Shown: positions 49,746-63,534, counted from the stretch's first letter. The stretch: DNA of 64,000 nucleotides from Okamejei kenojei (GCA_035221665.1 CM069155.1:29450001-29514000); one strand, 5' to 3'. Program-made: numbers and translations. Notes: a model not told the origin generated them from the letters alone.

Positions 49746-50599
49746 AGAAATTAGTAGAGTTTTTTTTTTGAATGGTTCAATGGTGTGTTATTCCCATCTA
49801 CCAGGGTACAGTGTAATTCATTTTTGTTTACAGTTCAGTACAAGTATCACTATACATAAGCACTTAAGTACATCTTAGATAAACATCCCAGATACAGTAA
49901 AAGTGTACCGCAGTGGTACACTGAGACAGTATATAGCGTCGCCAGATTTGGCTCCATTTTCAAATCCCAGTTGTTGTTAATGCAGGGTTCTTGACCTGAC
50001 CATGAAGGTCCGCTGCCCTGGGAGCGTTGCAGGTTCTTCATCGGCCCTCTTCATCGTCAGCATTCCCTCCAGCATCAGTCTGCTTAACGGCCCTCCCTCC
50101 GACTCCTTCCTCTCCGGGCGGGCGAGACGGGCCTTCCGGATGGGTTCCCCGTCCGGAGGGCCGCACGAGTCCTCAGCGCGAGATCGACTCTGAGATCACC
50201 TCTTGCACTTTTTTTGGTTCATCCTAAATTTATTTTTGTTAATTACATGTTAACAAACCAACTAATCTGTCTCAATTGGTGTTCAGGCACCGTCGATGTT
50301 AACCACCATCTATTCAAACACAACTGGCGCCTTTACATTTGCGATATTACTGTCACTTATTACCATTTTGCCCCATGGGCTTGATTTCCGATGTAAAAAA
50401 CGCAATGTTCTCCTATTTAATTCCCATCTACCCAATTTTACCCGATTAGTAAGAAGGTTGTCCCAGCATGATCCCTGTGGCGATGAGCTCATTGAAATAT
50501 ATGTGTAGACGTCAATATTATTGCAAATCTATGTCGTCTATGCCACACGTTCCAGAGCATATTTGCACGTGGCGCTGTGAACACTGAGGATAAATGTGA

Positions 50600-51115
50600 G
50601 GCCTCGACCGCACACCCGCTCGTGAGAGGACGGTTCGGTTGCCTGATAATAGCTGGAAAGGAACTATCCCTGAATCTGGACTATGCGTTTTCAAACTTCT
50701 GTACTTCTTGCTTGATGGGAGAGGGGAGAAGAGGGAATGACCAGAGTGAGACTAGTTCTTGATTATGATGGTGGCCGAGCGAGGCAGCGTGGTGCAGATG
50801 CAGTCCAAGGAAGGTTGGCTGTTTTGCGTGATGGCCTGGGCTATGTCCACAACTGTCTGCAATTTCTTGCGAGTTTCGATGGACCTGTTTCCAAACCACG
50901 GGTATGATGCATGCCGATAAAAATGTTTTCTAGAACGCAGCGGTGGAAGTTGGCCAGGGCTGTTAGGTACACGCCAAACCTACTGAGCCTCCTTAGGAAT
51001 TAAAGGCGTTGTGCGTATTCTTGGCCATTGCTTCGATATGGCTAGTCCAGGCGAGTTTGCTGGTGATATTCATTCCTACGTAGCTGAAGATTTCGAACAC
51101 CTCTAGTTCGCCGTC
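50600..51115 (-). mobile_element. Rex1/Babar-like LINE fragment
   Basis: Shares the segment ctgaatctgga..tatgcgttttcaaacttctg with 29255-29290 and ends ORF 50681..50899 in the same QKFENA. Degraded. Confidence 0.5.
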
Positions 51116-51419
51116 ATCATGTGTGTCCTTCTTGGTTCCATGAAGTCAACCAGAATCTCGTAACTCTTGCTGCCATTGAGAGATCAGGTGTTATTTTGGC
51201 ACCAGGTTATGCGGTTTTCAATCCCCTTCCTGCGCTCGGTCTCCCCCTCGGCTGGATAAACCTTTACAGTATAGCTTGTGTTAATTCTACTATACCCATA
51301 GTGGCGCTCAGTTGCAGACGTGATCATACCAGGATGTGCAGATTCCACCAGAGGTTGTGCTTAATCGGTCCGCGTTTCGAACGTGCGCACTTTGTGCTCT
51401 TTACTGTTTCTTTAATAAA

Positions 51420-51895
51420 GGCCATTTTTAAACATTTTGGTTTCACCATGTAGAAATTACAGCAGTGTTTATACATAGTCCCCCCATTTCAGGGCATCAT
51501 AATGTTTGGGACACAGCAATGTCATGTAAATGAAAGTAGTCCAGTTCAGTATTTTGTTGCATGCATCCTTTGCATGCAATGACTGCTTGAAGTCTGCGAT
51601 TCATGGACATCACCAGTTGCTGGATGTCTTCTCTGGTAATGCTCTGCGAGGCCTGTATTGCAGCCATCTTTAGCTTATTTTTGTTTTGTGCACTAGTCCC
51701 CTTTAGTTTGAGCTTCAGCATGTAAAAGGCAAGCTCAATTCGGTTCAGATCGGGTGATTGACTTTGCCACTCAAGAAGTGACAATTATTTAGCTTTGAAA
51801 AACGAATTTGTTACTTTCGCAGTATATTTGGGATCATTGTCTTGCTGTAGAATGAACCGCCGGCCAATGAGTTTTGAGGCATTTGTTTGAACTTG
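51420..51895 (-). mobile_element. Tc1 transposon 3' part with partial TIR (complements 25402-26784)
   Basis: WQSQSPDLNRIE (third catalytic motif, 51497..51784). 51430-51513 is the reverse complement of the 26559-26643 TIR segment. Confidence 0.82.
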
Positions 51896-52918
51896 CCTCA
51901 TGGAGGGTAGCTACAATGTTCAGACGAAAAGCTGACGACGATATGGAGTCCTGCCTCTCCAATTACCCTTGCAATGGATTTATACATCGCCTGTGCTTTC
52001 ACCTCTTACCGTCATCTTACCTTCCAGGGATCGTAAGACTCTTCCAGTGTTGCGTTCACGGTACACATTCCTTTACATACGAGGAAACAAACATGCATTG
52101 CTTAATGGAGCACCCGTACTTAGTCCGTAAATTAAAGCTTCAATTTCGGCCTTTCTGTGTGGCTTCTTATGATATTTTTGATGTGGATCGGTGGAGATAG
52201 ACAAATTCTTGATTAACAACGTTTCAAGTGTTTTGGGGAGAGGGCAGGAAAATTAGATCAGGAGGCTAAGATATGCCATGATTCAATGCCCAGTAGACTC
52301 GATTGTCCGAACGGCCTAATTCTACTCCTATAACTTGTGAACGTGAACTTGTTATTGTAACGAGTTACAGTTATCTCGATTCAATCAAATTTCCTAATTC
52401 TTGGCTAATCAGTCGTTTCTTCTGCTTCTATCAGAGCTGATCATTTCTACCCGTCATCATTTGGCTCCTTTTTCTTTATTCTATTCTTTTAGTCCGTACC
52501 GCAGAAGATGTTCCTTTGCCTCTCCATTAACAATAAAATAGATCGACAGTTAAACATACGGTAATGTACGTGCAACTGGCCGTTCATCCAGTTAATAACT
52601 ATCAGAGGAACTGTGTTCTCGACATCCTCCCCTCCACCCCCTTCCAACCTTCTCTGGCACTGAAAACGAAATAGTTTTTCTCTCTATCACTGAGTGTCAG
52701 CTGAATTTGTCCCCTTTCCATGACGTTAGCTGTCCTGTTGAGAGTTTTCAGTGTTTTTTCCTGACATTTTTATAATTGTAACTAAAGCTGACATAACCTA
52801 TCGTTTAAAGAAAGTACTGCACACGCTGGAAAAATCGAAGGCAGACAAAATATGGAGAAACTCAGCGGGTGTGGCGGCATCTATGGAGCAAAGGAATGGT
52901 TGACGTTTCGAGATCAGT

Positions 52919-52945
52919 CTGAAGAAGGGTCTCGACCGAAACGTC
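52919..52945 (+). ncRNA. Putative minimal hammerhead ribozyme core within an inverted Penelope repeat
   Basis: CTGAAGA-A-GGGTCTCGACC-GAAAC-GTC, identical in core to 1506-1532. Confidence 0.5.
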
Positions 52946-54029
52946 ACCCATTCGTTCGCTCGATAGATGCTGCCCATACATTACCTATCTGTTTCCCTTG
53001 CTTTTTCAAATACGTTTCGCTGTTTTTACACTTATATTCACGTAAAATTATTTAAGTATTTTTTATCTACCTCATCCCATTTGTTATCAATTTAATAGTT
53101 TGCAAGGTTATGCGCTGATAGCAAAATAATAATTAATATTGTTTAATTATTGCGTGCATGGGCATCTGTGATCTGAAAAGGAGTGTGTTTTGTTTTTAAT
53201 GTTCCTGTTTTGTCCATGCATTTGTTAATTGCTGTACTTTATATCGCCCTTATCGCTATAAACTCAACGGTGCACATTCCAATTCCTACACCGTTTTCCC
53301 TCTCACTTTGCTTTCTCTTCCACTCTGATCGCGCTCTATATCTTGTTTTCTTTCCCGCCCTCATGTACATCCTTTCTCTGTTTCTCTCCACCACTCTTTG
53401 CAATTCTCTGTTTGTTGGCTTTACGCATCGGGAAAGAGGGATTACCCCGATGCAGAGCCAAAGACCGTTTGGGCATCAATTTGTTAAAAAATCGTGGATT
53501 ATTCACATGGTGGAGCCAAACATAGCAGAGGTTTCAGTAATTATTTTATTAGTAGCTATTATCTGTATTATTTTATTTCTCAGGGAAACGTAAAGTTACT
53601 TTTTAATCGTTTTTTTAAAATAATTTATTTGAATGTCTATGTACCTACTACCTTGGGGCTTGCAGATGGTGCAATTATTTACAATTCGCGACCTATGTAT
53701 CACCCCTATCGAAACGAATTACGACAACTAGCACTACATTAAATTGTAACTGTCACCACTCTGTGCTTATGTTTTCAGAATAACGCCAATTCTCCTCATT
53801 GCTTATATATTTTGAAATATCAGGACCTCTGTAAGCGGTGTCATTGTGACCCGAACTTCCATAATCTTAACACATATCGAAAAGGTCGGTACCAAAGAAT
53901 GAATTTGCAGAAAAAAATAGATAATTATTTCATAAAGAATGAAAACGAAACAGGATTAAATAATACTGTCGTTTTACAAAATATACAGGTAGATAACAGT
54001 AGGTGCTCGTTTTATATGGAAGATAGATA

Positions 54030-54128
54030 CATAAAGCTGGAATAACTAATTGGGCCAGCAGCAACTCGCGAGAAAAATAATAGGTGACATTTCGAGGGGT
54101 GGGGAGAAAAATAATTGGTGACATTTCT

Positions 54129-54160
<32 letters not shown>

Positions 54161-55575
54161 GGGGCGGGGGTAAGAGACTATGGGCCAAATAAGGCCAGAA
54201 AAACATTAAGGCGGGCAACAGTTATCCTCAGGAAAGATGGAGCCCATAATGGCCCATTGTTGTGTGGGGAAGGAGTGATACATGAATGCGAACAGTGGTA
54301 TTGGTTGGATGACGTGGGTTGGGGAGTGGGGTAGGGCGGTATGGGGGGGGGGGGGGGATGAAACAGTACTTGAAATCAAAGAAATCAATGTTCATACCTC
54401 TGAGCTGCGCTTCTCGGAGGTTCCCGGAGGTTTTTGTCAGACTGACAAAAACCTCCAGGAACCTCCGGGAACCTCCGAGAACCGCACGGAAAACTTGGAT
54501 CTCCAGAGGTTTCCATTCAGGTTTCCAAAGTGGGACATGGGCATTATTATCCTCCAAAATGTTCTTCTCCTCCAAACTAGTCACAACTTCCCATTCCACC
54601 CCCCCCCCCCCCCCCCCCCCCCCCACACCCACACACACACTTCTGTGTTCCGCAGTGACCATTCCCTCTGAAACTCTCTGGCTCATTCATCAGTTCTCAC
54701 CCAAACCACCCTCTCCCCAGGGACTTTCCCTTGTAACCGCAGAAGAAGCAATCCTGTCCTTATACTTCCCACCTCGACCATATCCAGGGACCCCGACAGT
54801 CGTTTCAGGTGAGGCAGAGGTTTACTTGTACCTTCTCCACCTCATCTATTGTTCGGTGTGGGCTCCTAAATATTGGCGAGAGGAACTATAGACTTGGTGG
54901 TCGTTTCGCTGAACACTTACGCTCAGTCTGCCATGGCCTACTGGATCTTCTGGTTGCCGAAACATTTTTCCTCCCATTGAAGAATGCTCTCGACACGAAA
55001 CGTTACCCATTCCTTCTATACAGATATGTTGCCTCTCCAGCTGAGTTACTCCGGTTATCTTTTATCTATCTTCAAGTACTGACCATTCTGTCCTGTCGTC
55101 GTCAGAGTGAGGCCACACGCAAATTGAAAGAACAGCACCTCATATGTCGCTTGGGCAACTTTCAACCCAGTGGTATGACTATTGATTTATCTAATATCAA
55201 GCTAATTGCATGCACCCCCCCCCCTCCCCCCCCCCTCCCCCCCCCCCCCCCTCCCCCCCCCCCCCCTCCCCCCCCCCCCCCCCATCCTTGTATCCTTGAA
55301 GGATAATCCTTATCGTTATCACCCTTTCCCCAGCCAACAATGGTCTATTTTGGGCTCCACCCTTCCTGAAGTCATCTGTTGCCAGCCCTGAATTGTCATC
55401 TTTTATCTATCTTCAAGTACTGACATTCTGGCCTTCTCATTTACAGTTTCCACCTCTTTCAGTCTGAAGAAGGCTTCCGATCCGAAACATCACCTATTAA
55501 TTTTCTCCAGAAATGCAGCCTGACTCGCTGAGTTATTCCAGCATGTTTGTGTCTACTGCCGGTTTACAGTTGTTT
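54030..55575 (+). mobile_element. Degraded Penelope-like element: GIY-YIG endonuclease region, inverted 5' segment, terminal hammerhead-like motif
   Basis: ORF 54809..55306 QRFTC...CGLLNIGE...RLGGRFAEHLRSV...RKLKEQHLI.RLG..QPSGM fits a PLE GIY-YIG domain. CTGAAGAAGG...CCGAAACATC is at 55464-55491. Confidence 0.72.
54406..54546. mobile_element. Palindromic MITE-like fragment
   Basis: Inverted repeat centred on 54441 (GGAGGTTTTTGTCAG-A-CTGACAAAAACCTCC), ending AAGTGGGACATGGGCATTA. Confidence 0.5.
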
Positions 55576-55614
55576 AGCTAAATTCCTCCCTATCCATGTA
55601 TTTATTTTGGAGAA

Positions 55615-58600
55615 GGGGAGATTTACGAGAATGATCCCAGGAATAAATGGGTTAATATGTGATGAGGGGACAGGGCTTGTGTTCGCAGGAGTTTAGAAGG
55701 ATGAAGGGGATCCTCATTGGAACTTACAGAATCGTGAAAGGCTTATATAGAGCAAACATGGAGAGGATGTTTCCACTGGTGGGAGAATCTGGGGCGAGTG
55801 GCCATAGACTCAGCATTGAAGGATGTATCTTTAGAAAGGGGATGAGTAAGATTTGTTTTAACCAGGGGATGGTGAATCTTTGGAATCAATTGCCATAGAG
55901 AGGCGTGGATATTTTTACAGAGAAACAGAGAAACAAAGAAAATAGATGCAGTAGAAGGCCATTCGACCCTTGGAGCTTGCACCGTCATCCAATATGATCA
56001 TGCCTAATTATCCATAATCAGTACTCCGTTCCTGCATTTCCCCACATATTCCTTGATTCCGTTAGCCTAATAGCTATCTCAAACTCTCTTGAAAACTCTC
56101 TTTGCCTCCACTGCCTTCTGTGTCAGAGAATTCCACAGATTCACAACTCACTTTGTGAAAACGTTTCTTCTCATCTCAGTCCCAAATAGCCTACCCCTTA
56201 TTCTTAATCTGTGACGCCTGGTTCTGTTCACCCCGAACATCAGGAAAAAAAAAATCTGCATCTAACCTGTCCAATTCCTTCAGAATTGTATATGTTTCTA
56301 TAGGATCCCTTCTCATCCTTCTAATTTCAGTGAATTCAAGCCCAGTCATCCCATTCTTTCATTATATGTCATTCCCACCATCCCGGGAATTAACCTGGTG
56401 AACTTACGCTGCACTCCCTCAATAGGAAGAATGTCCTTCCACATATTAGGGGACCAAAGCTTCACACAATAGTCTGGGAGTGGTCTCAAGAGGGCCCTGT
56501 ACAGCTGTAGTAGGACCTCCTTGCTCCTATATTCAAATCCTCTTGCTATGAAGGCTAACATGCCATTTCATTTCTTCACTGCCTGCTGTACCTGCATGCT
56601 TACATTCAGTGACTGATGTACAAGGAAATCCAGGCCTCGTTGCACCTCACCTTTTCATAATCTGACACAATTCAGATTATAATCTGCCTTCTTGATCTTG
56701 CCACCAAAGTGGATAACCTCACATGTATCCACATTATACTGCATCTGCCATGCATCTGCCCACTCACCCAACCTATCCAAGTCAACCTACAGCCCCATAC
56801 CACCCTCCTCGCAGCTCACACTGCCACCCAGCTTTGTGTCATCCGCAAACTTGGAGATGTTACTTTTAATTCCCTCATCTAGATCGTTAATATATATTGT
56901 AAATAACTGGGGTTACAGCACTGAGCCTTGCGGCACCCTACCAGTCAGTGTCTGCCATTCTGAAAAGGACCCATTAATTCCTTCTCTTTGCTTCCTGCCT
57001 GCCAACCAGTTCCTTATCCATGTCAATACCCTACTCCCAATACCATGTCCTCTAATTTTGCACACTAATCTTGTGTGGGGCCTTGTCAAAGGCTTTTTGA
57101 ATGTCCAGATGTAACACATCATCTGGCTCTCCCTTTTCCATTCTACTTGTTACACCCTCAAAAGTTTCCAGAGGATTAGTCAAGCATGATTTCCCCTTTA
57201 TAAATCCCTGCTGACTTTGTCCGATCCCTTCATTGCATTCTAAATATGCTTCAATTACATTTTTAATAATCTAATAATTTTAAAGTGGAGGTTGACAAAT
57301 CCTTGATTGGTACAGAGGTACGGATATAAGATGAGAATGGGGTTGAGAGGTTAAGATAGATCGGCCATGATTGAATGGCGGAGTAGCTCATGGGCCGAAT
57401 GGCCTAATTCTGCTCCTAGCACAATGATTTTATGCATTTATGATCATGCGTCTGGTTCTCAAATGCCTTGGTGACCATTTTGTTGAGGTTATACATGAGG
57501 GGACTGATTAGAATGCATTAAGTAGACGGCACAGACCGTGGGCTTGTTGCACTTGTGGCAAAGAGAGACAAAGGATGGGATTATGTCATTAAAATAAAAA
57601 CTTAATCCTGCAAAATGTCGGACTTCTTGAATGTTGTCGGAGCAGAAGCCATCACGACATGTGGCAAGGATATCATCACCGCCATATTGCTCTTTTTAAA
57701 GCAATATCAGAGAAGTCTTGAGAATTTGGTATTGAGTGGGGAACTCTAATGAGATTGAATGGAGATAGATTATTTTGGTTCCAACACGATCTTTATTATA
57801 GAAAATACGGGAAAATATTCATGAAGCAGTAAATCTCACACCCTTTCGCCTATTAAGTCTGAACTGATATAGATGGCGGTTAATAATAAGTCACACAAAT
57901 TTCAGCCCTTCCAGGTTCCTGTTTGCTATAGCAGGTCTGGAGAACTCGAAAGTCCTGGCACCTTTCGGGGTCATGATCTAATGTGCAGTCTTTCTCTCTC
58001 TCTCTCTCATGAACGTGAGTTCTGTGAGCTGGATCGAAACATTCATTTATACAATCAATAAATCTGATCTCGAAACAAAAGTAAACTCTGTTTTAAAACT
58101 AGTTTTCTTCTTTGTATTCAAGAAACAGTGAGCTATTTATTAAATCAAGGGCCGAGCTAGTCTCGTATATCTCTAAGAATGAAAGTGAGATATCCCAATA
58201 GACATCTGGAACTGCAGTGGGGTCAACACTGTTTATTAGTCACCATGTCCACTTTCTTGACTGTTAAACATTAAACAATCCTTCATCAATGTACTCTGCT
58301 CGATCTTTGACATGTTATTGACATGGATGGAGAATTGATTGGGAAACAGGAAACAAAGAGTAGGAATAAACAGGTCCCTATCAGAATGGCCGGCAGTGGC
58401 GAGTAGAGTGCCGCAAGGCTCGGTACTGGGACCGCAACCATTTACAATATATATTAATGATTTAGATGATGGGATTAAAAGTAACACTAGCAAATTTGCA
58501 GATGACACGAAGTTGGGTGGCATTGTGAAGTCGAAGAGGATGCTCGGAGGTTGCAGGGCGACTTGGCAGGTTGAGTGAGTGGGCAGATGCATGGCAGATG

Positions 58601-60215
58601 CAGTATAATGTAGATAATTGTGAGTTTATCCACTTTGGGGGCAAGAACAAGGAGGCAGATTATTATCTCAATGGTGTCATATTAGGAAAAGGGGAAGTGC
58701 TGCGAGACCTGGGTGTCCTTGTACACCAGTCACTGAAAGAAAACATGCAGGTACAGCAGACAGTGAAGAAAGCTAATGGCATGTTGGCCTTCATAACCAG
58801 GGGGCCACAGTCTAAGAATAAAGGGGGGGGGGGGGGGTGCCTTTAAAACTGTGAGGAGAAAAACCTTTCACCCAGAGAGTTGTGAATTTGTGCAATACTC
58901 TGCCACAGAAGGCCGCAAAGCCCAATTCACTGGATGAATTTAAAAGATAGATAGAGCTCTCGGGGCTAGCGGAATCAAGGGATATGGGGAGAAGGCAGGC
59001 ACGGGTTACTGATTGTGGATGCTCAGCCATGATCACAATGAATAGCGGTGCAGGCTCGAAGGGCCAAATGGCCTCCTCCGGCACCTATTTTGTATGTTTC
59101 TATCTCACTTGCCATATCTAAATCTTCAATGTTATTCATTTGTAGGATGATCGCGTCTTTGGGAACGTAGTATTTATTGCCCATCCAAAAGTGGGAGCAC
59201 AGAGACACAAGGAACACAGATGCTGGAATCATGATAAAAAGACAACGTGCTAGAGTAGCACGGGGCGTGCTTCAGGGTTCGGTGCTGCGCCCGTTAATGT
59301 TTGTCATCTATATCAATGATTTGAATGGGATCATACTTGGTAAGATTAGCAAGTTTGCCGATGATACAAACTTGGGAGGTTTTTCAGCTAGTGGAGATGA
59401 TCTTGAAGAGGTGCAGCAGGTTCTTGATCAATTGGCCAGGTAGGCTGAGGAATGGTTGATGGAATTTAATGCAGAGAAATGTAAAGTGTTGCATTTTGGG
59501 AATTCTGACATAGGTAGGACCTAGGCAGTCGACAGTAGATCGGGTGCTCAAAAGGGTTTTTGGCACATTGGCCTTCATCAGCCATAGTAATGAGCATAGA
59601 GGTTGGGAGGACTTGTTGCAGATGTATAAGATGTTGGTGACGCCGCATTTAGAGTATTGCGTTCAGTCTGAGCACCATCTTATGGGAAAGATTTCGACAA
59701 GGTGGAATGGGTACAGAGAAGATTTACGAGGATGTTGCCAGGGCTAGAGGGTCTGAGGTATAGGGGGGGTGGGGGGGGGGGTGGGGAGGGGTGGGGGGGG
59801 GGGGTGGGTTGAGTAGGCTGGGACACTATTCCTTGGAGCGCAGGAAGATGAGGGGAAATATTATAGAAGTATATAGGGTCGTGAGATGATTTTTTTCGTG
59901 TAGATGTACAGTCCCTTGCCCAGAGTAGGTGAATCGAGGTCCAGGTTTATGGTGACGGGGCAAAGATTTAATAGGAATCTGAGGGGTAACTCTTTCCCGC
60001 AGATGGTGGTGGGTGTATGGGACAAGCAGCCAGAGGAGGTAGTTGTGCCAGGGACTATCCGAATGTTTAAAAACCAGTTAGACAAGTAAATTGATTTGAC
60101 AGATTTGGAGGGATATGGACCCAATACGGGCAGGTCGGACAAGTGTAGATGTGACGTTGGCCGATGTGGGAAAGTTGGGCCGAAGGGCCTGTTTCCACAC
60201 TCTATGACTCTATGA
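55615..60215. mobile_element. Degraded CR1 fragments plus unique spacer, paralogous to 420-2717 and 9590-11640
   Basis: CR1 ORFs at 55659..57122 and 58339..60089, collinear with the other two units. Confidence 0.7.
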
Positions 60216-61629
60216 CTCTCTTTGACTCTATGGGGGATCATGTAGCATCTGCGGATCGGCATTTGGGGATGTAGTAATGAACAGCCATGAGCCAGTGCAA
60301 TCTTTCGCGTGTTCATTTTTTCACGGTATTGCATCGTTGCAAAGTTTAAAACGTGCAGCAATTAGAGAAGGGTGAGAAAGGTGAGAGCAGGGACCTGTGT
60401 AAATAAACATTAGGTAAACTTTCTAGTGGTACTGATATGCCTACGTTCAGAGTGGCTTATGCGCGCGATTGCAGCTCATTCTGTAGATGGTACAAATTGT
60501 AGTCACTGTAGTTTAATTTGGAGATACTGCGCATAAACAGACCCTTCTACCCACTGATCAACAGTACCCGCACATTAACATTATCCTACACACTTTATGG
60601 ACAATATATAATATTAGCAATCCAATGAACCTCCCAATCTGTCTTTGTAGTGTGGGAGGAAACCGGAGCTTCCTTGGAAATCCCAGGCAGTTCATGGGGA
60701 AAACGTAGTGGTGAAAGGATGAACGGTTAAGTTAATGGATGGCTGACCAGTCATGTGCACTGCTAAACTTATTTAGTTTAATGACAATTGAAGGATAATT
60801 ATTGATGAGAATTCTTTTTCTCACCCGCTATTTCCCGAAAACCGCTCTTCGCGTTTTTCCCTTGTCAGTTTTGCCAGATAGCTGGAGTGCCCGTATTCTA
60901 TTCAACTTTAATTGAATATGGATGTGCTGTGTGTAAAATTCCTGTCGTCCTGTCGTACTACAAAGTCGAAAGAACTCTGGAAGTGGTCGGTGAGAGTCAA
61001 TGTGACCCCTTTTACTCACTCATATATGCATTAATTTGGTACAGGTAACCTTTCCACTTTGAGTCGTGGCAAGTTTTGCGAATTACTGCGCATTACAATA
61101 TGAGAGTATCGCAGACCACTTTTCCAAGCACGACACACAACGGGTGGTCAAAATTGCCTCCAAAACTGCAACTTTGCTGACATTTGCTGTGATGTTCTGT
61201 CCCCTCAGGTCCTTTCTGATTATCTGATACACAGGTAGAAGGGGAGCCTGTGAGATATACGATTTTTAAAATTACAAAGATATTTAGATTTAATGTGATA
61301 TATAATTAAACAAAAAGTGCCGAGGAGGTGCCTGTTATCATGTTTTAGTCAGCGATACGGATTCAGTTGGACCGTTTAGATTAAATATGTATATTCCCTT
61401 TTCATTGGTGATTAAACAGTTACCGAATATAATATTCAATACTCGCAGACAATCTGTTTAGTATATATATGCGGTGGGGCATATTGAAAATTATAGATTG
61501 TTTGTTAATAAAGAAGGGGAAACTGTGGCAATCCTTGTTATTCTGATGTATGCATGAGAATGCATGAAGCTTTTTAGAAATACAAAGCTCTAAAATAAGA
61601 CCTGCATGTTTCACAGTGGCGAATATTTT

Positions 61630-61732
61630 GAGGAAGAATCTGACAATTTCTGATTGGCTTCGACGAGCATACCGGTTTGATTGGTTTGGAGAGATAAACA
61701 CACGGTGACATCTCGTCTTTCCATTCATAAAG
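61630..61732 (+). promoter_or_regulatory. Cluster 3 IgL proximal promoter (TATA box variant CATAAA)
   Basis: Same motifs as clusters 1 and 2, but CATAAA at 61726-61731 and CGTCA changed to CGTCT. Confidence 0.65.
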
Positions 61733-61807
61733 AGAGCCAGAGAGCAAGATTACACGCCACTCGTCCTGGAAACTGCCGCCCCATCGGAGCTCGGTCGGTT
61801 ATTGAAA

Positions 61808-61856
61808 ATGTCTTATTGGATCCGTGTGGTCGGTGCGTTGGTTTTTTGCGCAGTTT
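61808..61856 (+). CDS. IGL: IgL cluster 3 leader exon (MSYWIRVVGALVFCAV)
   Basis: Signal peptide with donor GTGAGT at 61857. Confidence 0.9.
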
Positions 61857-61979
61857 GTGAGTATTCTACTTTCTTGGACATTATACTTATTTCTGTTCAC
61901 CATTAATTTGGGGTTATCGCCCACACTTCAACAAACTTAACAATTTTCATTTTTTTCTCTGATATTTATCTTTTCTCAG

Positions 61980-62321
61980 ACTTAAGCGCGGCAGTTACAG
62001 TAAGTCAGCCGCCTTCGATGTCCACCTCTACGGGACAGAACATACAAATATCCTGTACCATATCGGGTTCCAGTTCAGGCGCTAACGATGTCGCGTGGTA
62101 CCAACAGATTCCTGGCAAAACTCCAAAGTATCTATTCTGGTATTATTCCAGCACCATTTATAAAGGCACGGACATTCCAGACCGTTTTTCCGTCTCGGTG
62201 TCCGGCAGCTCTCTAATATTCGCAATATCTAGCGTTCAATCGGTGGATGCTGCTGATTATTACTGTGCCAAATGGGATAGTGGTTTATATTTCGGTAAAG
62301 GAACGAGGCTGGGTATTGGCG
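61980..62321 (+). CDS. IGL: IgL cluster 3 germline-joined VJ exon (one codon shorter in CDR2)
   Basis: Acceptor ends at 61979. Reads ...DAADYYCAKWDSGLYFGKGTRLGIG, with donor GTAAGT at 62322. Length is 342 nt versus 345 nt. Confidence 0.95.
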
Positions 62322-62612
62322 GTAAGTAAAATATATTCTTCCGATAGCGCGCTGTTTTCTTTTTATTCTAATGCAGATATTGTTTGAAAATAATGTATAT
62401 AAGCTACGAAAATAATGTATTTGATTGTTTGCACTGATCAGAGCCATACTTCGCCTTCAAAGCATTTCAAAACGACCATGACCCGAGCAAGACTAACCCT
62501 TACAGCGTCAGGGTTAGATTACATGGCAGCTGCGATTCCAAACAACATATTTTTTTACAGTTCACATAATTACTTCGGGCCGCACCATGAATTTAATGTG
62601 CTCGAAAATGTG

Positions 62613-62620
62613 ATGCAAAT
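62613..62620 (+). promoter_or_regulatory. Perfect octamer ATGCAAAT in the cluster 3 J-C intron
   Basis: Exact motif, paralogous to 14368-14375. Confidence 0.5.
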
Positions 62621-63534
62621 CTTCCATTTTCCAATTTTTTCGCGTCTAATAATGATCGCGTACTACGCAGTGCGAATGGTGTAATTTCTCTCGGATTTTG
62701 AAATAGTCAAGTAGATGAGGGTTGATGTACAACTGAAGTTGCATGGAATAGGGTTCGTCCAATACATTGCGGAAATATTCGCAGCGATTGTGCAGATATG
62801 AAAGGAAATTGCTTGGGTAACGGGGGGTCAGCAACGTTAATTGTCAAAATTCCCGTTGACGATGTTTAAACAAGGATATCAAAATGCGAAATGCGAAGAG
62901 AAAGTTTCGCACATTTCCTTCAGATATTTTGTTTAATACGTAGAGCAGCCTTTCTTGGACGCAACAATGCATTTCAAATTTAAATGAACATTCGATCTAC
63001 AATTCCATCCTTGCTTGTGAACGACATCTGCCAATCGGCAACCGTGGCTTTCGAAGAATAGTTTCTACATAATTTTGCCGAACTTAAATAGCGTCACCCT
63101 CCATCTCAATAGGTGCCGACAATTAAATAAGTTGAAATCTGTTATTATAAATTTCGCGACCGGGAATCGTTTATATCTGCTGATATATTTAGATAAATGT
63201 AAAGCCAGAGCTGTGTAGTAAAATGAACATTATAAAAGTTATAATAATGTATTCAGTTTTATTTAAAAAAGTGCAGCCATGATCTATCATATAAGCTTTC
63301 CCTGAGTTTATGCATAGGGTAGACAGGGTCTATTCTAGTTGCTTTCACGTACTTTATTTATGGTTCACCCAATTAAAAAAAAAACCACACTATAATGGTT
63401 GGAAATAGGTCGAGAATAAAACGACTTATTTCTACAAATGAATAAATGAGTGCTTTAATGAGATGTATTTTCGGAAAATAATGATATCTCAACGGCAGCA
63501 ATTCTCCAATTAAATGTGACTTCTTATTAAACAG

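Noticed and set aside
53183-53593. 136-aa hydrophobic ORF resembling a membrane protein
   Set aside because: It has a non-ATG start, lies in T-rich sequence with no recognisable domain, and most of it is absent from the paralogous unit.
55213-55282. Poly-C/poly-G tracts giving poly-Pro or poly-Gly ORFs (also ~3062, 11217, 27731, 54128, 59763)
   Set aside because: These are homopolymer tracts within repeats, variable between paralogues and error-prone in sequencing. There is no evidence of coding or switch-region function.
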